Shown: positions 49,689 through 64,000 of the stretch, piece by piece
Position numbering within the stretch: the first letter of the stretch is position 1
Layout of the letters: every line of letters begins with the position of its first letter
DNA from: Paraspadella gotoi
Taxonomy: Eukaryota; Animalia; Chaetognatha
Length of the DNA stretch: 64,000 bases
Assembly: GCA_051294375.1 (NCBI GenBank)
Contig: CM119265.1
Span: 7,636,629 to 7,700,628 of the forward strand
Direction of reading: 5' to 3'
The notes under the pieces: model-generated
Told to the model about the DNA's origin: nothing
What the model saw: only the letters and a program-made list of their open reading frames with translations
Databases searched by the model: none
Program-made: the position numbers and the translations under genes

Positions 49689-50101
49689 TCTCCCTCTCTC
49701 TCTTCTCTCTCTCTCTCTCTTCTCTCTCTCTCCCGTCCCCCCCCTTAAAAATTTAAACCTCATCAACAACGACAACAAAATAAATTTGAAAACTCAAGCG
49801 TCGTAGCGATTTTTCTACCAGATTTTCTTGGCTTTTTTTCCCCTACCGAATAACGACCTCGCCGAAATTTGGATTTTTCAATTTTTCTGTTCGCAGCCCA
49901 GAAAAGAAAGCAAGTAAAAAGAAAGGTTGTGGACACGAATGTTGTTTTAACTCATTCCTTCTCCAATCTCCTGTGGGTTCTAATCCCCATTTATTCCGAG
50001 GTAAAGCTGCAAAGAACTGAATTATCCGAAGTCTCACCTCTGAAACTAAACGTCACTTGGTCTTGGCTACTTTTAAATCACCACTCTCTCTTCTCTCTCT
50101 T

Positions 50102-50139
<38 letters not shown>

Positions 50140-50140
50140 A

Positions 50141-50204
<64 letters not shown>

Positions 50205-50418
50205 TTCTCTTCCCACTCCTCCCCACACCAACCGTAATCTCGCGAAAAACTTGTCGTTTCATAAGCGTAGAACTGCGATTTGACATTTTAATTTCTGCTT
50301 CAAGTCTTTCCGCCTGCTCATTTTTTCTGCTGTCACGCGGATTGGAGTGTTGCCCGAAGTATGTGTTGGGTGTGCCAAGAACGGGCGCGTGGTGGTGAGA
50401 GAGAGACGAGCAGCAGAC

Positions 50419-50451
<33 letters not shown>

Positions 50452-51630
50452 AGAGAGAGATGAGATGGAGAGAGAGAGAGAGAGAGAACATATCCATAAT
50501 TCGGGTGAAACGGTGATTTTATTTGCTTTATCTGCTTAATAAAAATATTCGTAAACGACCTTGTAAATTCCTAAGAAACTTCCGCTAGGGAGAGAGAGAC
50601 AGAAAAAGTGAAAAAAAAAGGAAAAAAATAATCAGACAGAAAAAAAAGGAAAATAAAGAAAATAGAAGAAAGAAAGAATCGTAAAAAGAACAGAGCCGTC
50701 AGTAAAAGTCGTTGATTCCAAGAGAAGGAGGAAAAAGGCCGCCATGGGGTTTATGGGGTTGGGGGGGGGGCGAGTGGGCGTGGAGGCAACAACATTTTAT
50801 AAACCATTTCTTTCAAGTCTTTATATTTTAATTTTCCTTCGGACCGGGAGGGCGACTGTCGATGGCGGGCGAAGGCGATGGATGAGTTTAAGTGGCGAGG
50901 AAAGAAAATGGCAGCGGAAAGAATGGAAGGAAAATATTAAGTTTAATATAGATAAGAAAAGTTAAATTATATGTACATTTTTTTTTGCCTGAAAATGAAT
51001 GTCGTCAAGCTCTGATTAAGAAAATAGGAACGGAGAGAGAGAGAGAGANNNNNNNNNNNNNNNNNNNNNNNNNNNNNNNNNNNNNNNNNNNNNNNNNNNN
51101 NNNNNNNNNNNNNNNNNNNNNNNNNNNNNNNNNNNNNNNNNNNNNNNNNNNNNNNNNNNNNNNNNNNNNNNNNNNNNNNNNNNNNNNNNNGAGAGAGAGA
51201 GAAAATCTAAAAACTGTCATTCATCTACCAACAACGTTTCTTTTCTTTTTCCTTTTTTTTTCTTCCTTTTTTTTTTCCTTTCCGCCCTTTCGGTCCACAA
51301 AAATTCCTGGCCAGCTCACTCGGGGTCATCCAAGAGGCGACCGAGGGTTAGCGCTTTGCTCTACGTCGGGTTAAAAGGCGCCTTGTCGTCTGGGCCTCTC
51401 TCACCAACTCTCCCTCTACCCCATCCCTCGCCTCCCTGAATCCCAATAACGAGGAAGCGTTAGTACTATTCTCTCTTTTCTTTATTTTCTCCCAAATATT
51501 TTGTCTATCCAATCTTTTCCACTTTCTCTAAATACTGTTTCTAACCTATCCGATTCCAGTTATGTACAGTTTAACAACCTCCTTTATTCCCCCTCCCCAC
51601 CCTGAGAAACCACCACCTTTAAGAAACCCC

Positions 51631-51856
51631 ATTGGCGGAACCGATTCGCGCCTCCATTTACTATTGGTCCAGGCTTGAAAGGTCTTGTCCTCACCCGATT
51701 GGTCCGCAGCGACGTTCTTTCGTCTCCCATTGGTCCGTGGAGCAAGGTCGTCGTCGTTAGCGGGAAGCTCCTCCATTGGACCAACGGATAATATTGGCAA
51801 AAAAGTCTGATGCAGACGATATGATTAGTGAGACCGTGTGAGAGATGGAATATTGG
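51631..51856. promoter_or_regulatory. Cluster of seven same-orientation reverse CCAAT boxes (ATTGG)
   Basis: ATTGG at 51631, 51663, 51698, 51729, 51775, 51793 and 51852. Confidence 0.45.
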
Positions 51857-52548
51857 ACGATTTTTTTTTTTACATGGGGAAGGACACATGATTAATAGTC
51901 GAAAGGAAAAAAGAGAGAGAAAAAATAAAAACTGATATGAAAACTGATATAAAAATCCTTACGTAATAACCGTTTAGACTCGAGTTCGATTCAGTAAGTT
52001 TTCGCAAGGAGGCAAAGAAATCGTCTCTCATGGCTGAACCGAGCCAACCAAGCAACCAAAAATATTCCGGCGTGATTGAACGCCAATCACGATGAACTCG
52101 ACTTCACTCGGCCGGAATTCACGTGAAACGTTTGGCGCGTTGCGTCATAAACGTCAAAACGCCGCGTGATCATCGCGCCCGACGGCGGCGAAGCCGTGAA
52201 AACAAAGACTACGACGACGACGACGACGACGATGATGACGACGAAGAAGAAGTTGCCAGCGACGACTGCGGCGTGGGGAATTGAATACGTCAAAATCAAG
52301 AGGGTTTTTAACCGAGGAGAAAGAATTAAGGAGATGGCGTTGATTGATGGAGTAGGAATGGCACGGGATGTTGGGGATGGAGAGATGGAGAGAAGGTGAA
52401 GCGACGAGGTGTTGGAGGAATGACCGATTCGGTAGGAGAAAATGGGTGAGGTATTTTGGAATCCATCGAGATCGAAATTGTTCGAAACCGTTTCAAAATT
52501 TCCGCGATTACTCTGGGAATGAATAAATAAGACTTAGAGAGTCTTGAT

Positions 52549-52695
52549 TGAAAGCTTGCAGAGTCCTGCTATTTTTTTATCTTGTAAGAGGAATGGAGGA
52601 CTTATCCATCCAAAGTTAGGGTCAAGATAGATTATTTATTTATTCGTTTATTTAATGAAGGGATAATTTTTAAATAGGTTGTACCAATTTCATAA
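52549..52695 (+). mobile_element. ~150-bp dispersed repeat, copy B
   Basis: Similar to 15914-16059 with substitutions and short indels. Confidence 0.65.
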
Positions 52696-53547
52696 CCCAA
52701 AACTTTCTTTTGAATAAAAGCGTAGAAAGGATGTAGCTCCGGTTAAGACCATCTTTCTCAAGAATTCATCTTTGAAAGTTGGGGATCCCTTAGGCTAAGA
52801 TGTTGCACCGCAGTTCCAGCTTCACCACCGTGGGTAAGGGGCCGGCTGTTCGTTGGCGTTTCTCCGAGTTCGACCTTCAGCCAAATCGTCCCGAAAATCG
52901 AAAAAACTGAATCCTCGTCCGCGATTGAGGTTTCGCATTCTTCTTTCTCATCGGGAGACGGTTTTTGACAGTTGGAAGCCTCGAATAACTCCAAAAGATG
53001 GAGTCGAACCGAAGAGCGATGTAACCGAATTCCACGCTCTGGTTTCGATATCTAACTTTTGTAGTTATCAACTTCCCGATTTCTCTGTCTCTCTGTCTCT
53101 CTGTCTCTCTATCACTCTATCTCTCTCTTTGTTTTTCTTCCGAAATCGCGGACAGTTTTCGCTGTCTCCCCGAGTTCCAGCTTCCAGCTTCGCATTTTGA
53201 CTGATGCTACGAATTCAGTCATCTTTGCTGTTACGACTGCTGTTGCAGTTCCTGCCTTCGCTGTTCCTGCTGTCGCTGTTCCTCCTGTCGTTTTCTTCTC
53301 ATTTTCATCGCCTTTATCGCGCCAGCGAAATGGCTTCTGCAGGACTTTGTGGAGGCACTCGCTGGGTTTCACAACTTTTTTTTCCTCCCACATTTTTTTC
53401 CTTTTTCCTTCCTTTCCTTCCTTTCCTTTTTTTCTTTTATTTTTCCCTTTTTTTTACTCATTTCGTCAGACGCCGCATGGTCGCGTGGTGATGAATTTTC
53501 TAGGGGAAAGCAGTTGACCATCAAGGAAAGAGAAATGGGAGAGAAAA

Positions 53548-53658
<111 letters not shown>

Positions 53659-53982
53659 AAAAAGGAAAGAACATGATGAATATGGTCTCTTGAGTAAAAT
53701 AATATGAAGAGCCTCCGCCATAATTGATATTTCAAAAAGCGTTGTCGCCAACAATAAACATAAAAAACGTAAAAGGACATGAAACCATCTCCAATGGAGA
53801 TTCTCCATTCAAGATTCGTCGTCCGTTAAGGCCTGGCGAACCCGCGCGCCCCCTGAAGGCGAAAGCCTCATTTTCGAAGCTGCTATTAAGTGAAGCCTTT
53901 TGATTCGGTGAATAAAAATCGTTAATGAAATCTCGATGAAAGAAAGAATTAAAAATGGGAAAAAATGAAAAAACTCTGGCGC

Positions 53983-54090
<108 letters not shown>

Positions 54091-54232
54091 GAGAAAGAGA
54101 GAGAGAGAGAGATCTTTACTAGTTAGACGACGACGTCAGAGTTAGCATTAAAAAATATTGCTCGAGCGTGTGCGATGCAAGAAAAGCATAGCGGCTTCTT
54201 TTCTTTATGACTCTTTATTTCTTTTACTGAAT

Positions 54233-54332
<100 letters not shown>

Positions 54333-54690
54333 GCGCCCTCTCTCTATCTCTCTCTCTCTTTACTCCCACTCTCTCCGTCGTCGACAACAAACACTCGATA
54401 TCTCCCGTTTAGACTTTTCGCAAAAAATTCGAGTTTAGACTAAATTTCGCTCAGTCCTCTCTTTTTTTCTTATCCGTGAGCGTTTTAACTTTTTTCTTAG
54501 TTCTTATCCCGCATCGAATGCGAAATAGGTAGTAATTAAAAGAAAATAATATAAATAAATAAAATAAATAATTTTTTTCGTACGAGTGATAGACTTACCT
54601 TCGTTCTTCATTCACGAAACTTCGTAATTATTTAACGTCGTTTTCGTCGTCGTCGTCGTCGTCGTCGTCGTCGGCGTCCTCGTCAGCGCC

Positions 54691-64000
<9,310 letters not shown>

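Overview
Eukaryotic (animal-like) draft-assembly DNA, rich in (CT/GA)n, (GAC/GTC)n, (TTTC)n and (GATA)n microsatellites, with many N gaps and several stretches that look like unpolished long-read fill. Almost all supplied ORFs are microsatellite artefacts. Three genes are supportable, all on the + strand. (1) The spliced 3' end of an unrecognised basic protein gene at 1-1530, possibly with a 5-nt microexon. (2) One isolated 83-nt exon of a CELF3-6/Bruno-like RNA-binding protein (RRM1) at 38950-39032, with no neighbouring CELF exon visible. (3) A 15-exon gene from 54691 that runs off the window end (>1600 aa here). It encodes five complete and one partial tandem ricin-B-like (beta-trefoil) modules with a strict phase 0/phase 1 exon architecture, Thr or Val in place of the usual sugar-binding Asp, no signal peptide, and 8 of 14 introns ending in AAG/GAG rather than YAG. 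This third gene is the best candidate for something undescribed, and it may be nested on the same strand in a CELF intron. A 6.6-kb tandem duplication, a ~1-kb noisy duplication and a 0.5-kb inverted copy are most likely assembly artefacts. All gene models were built by eye and need RNA evidence.
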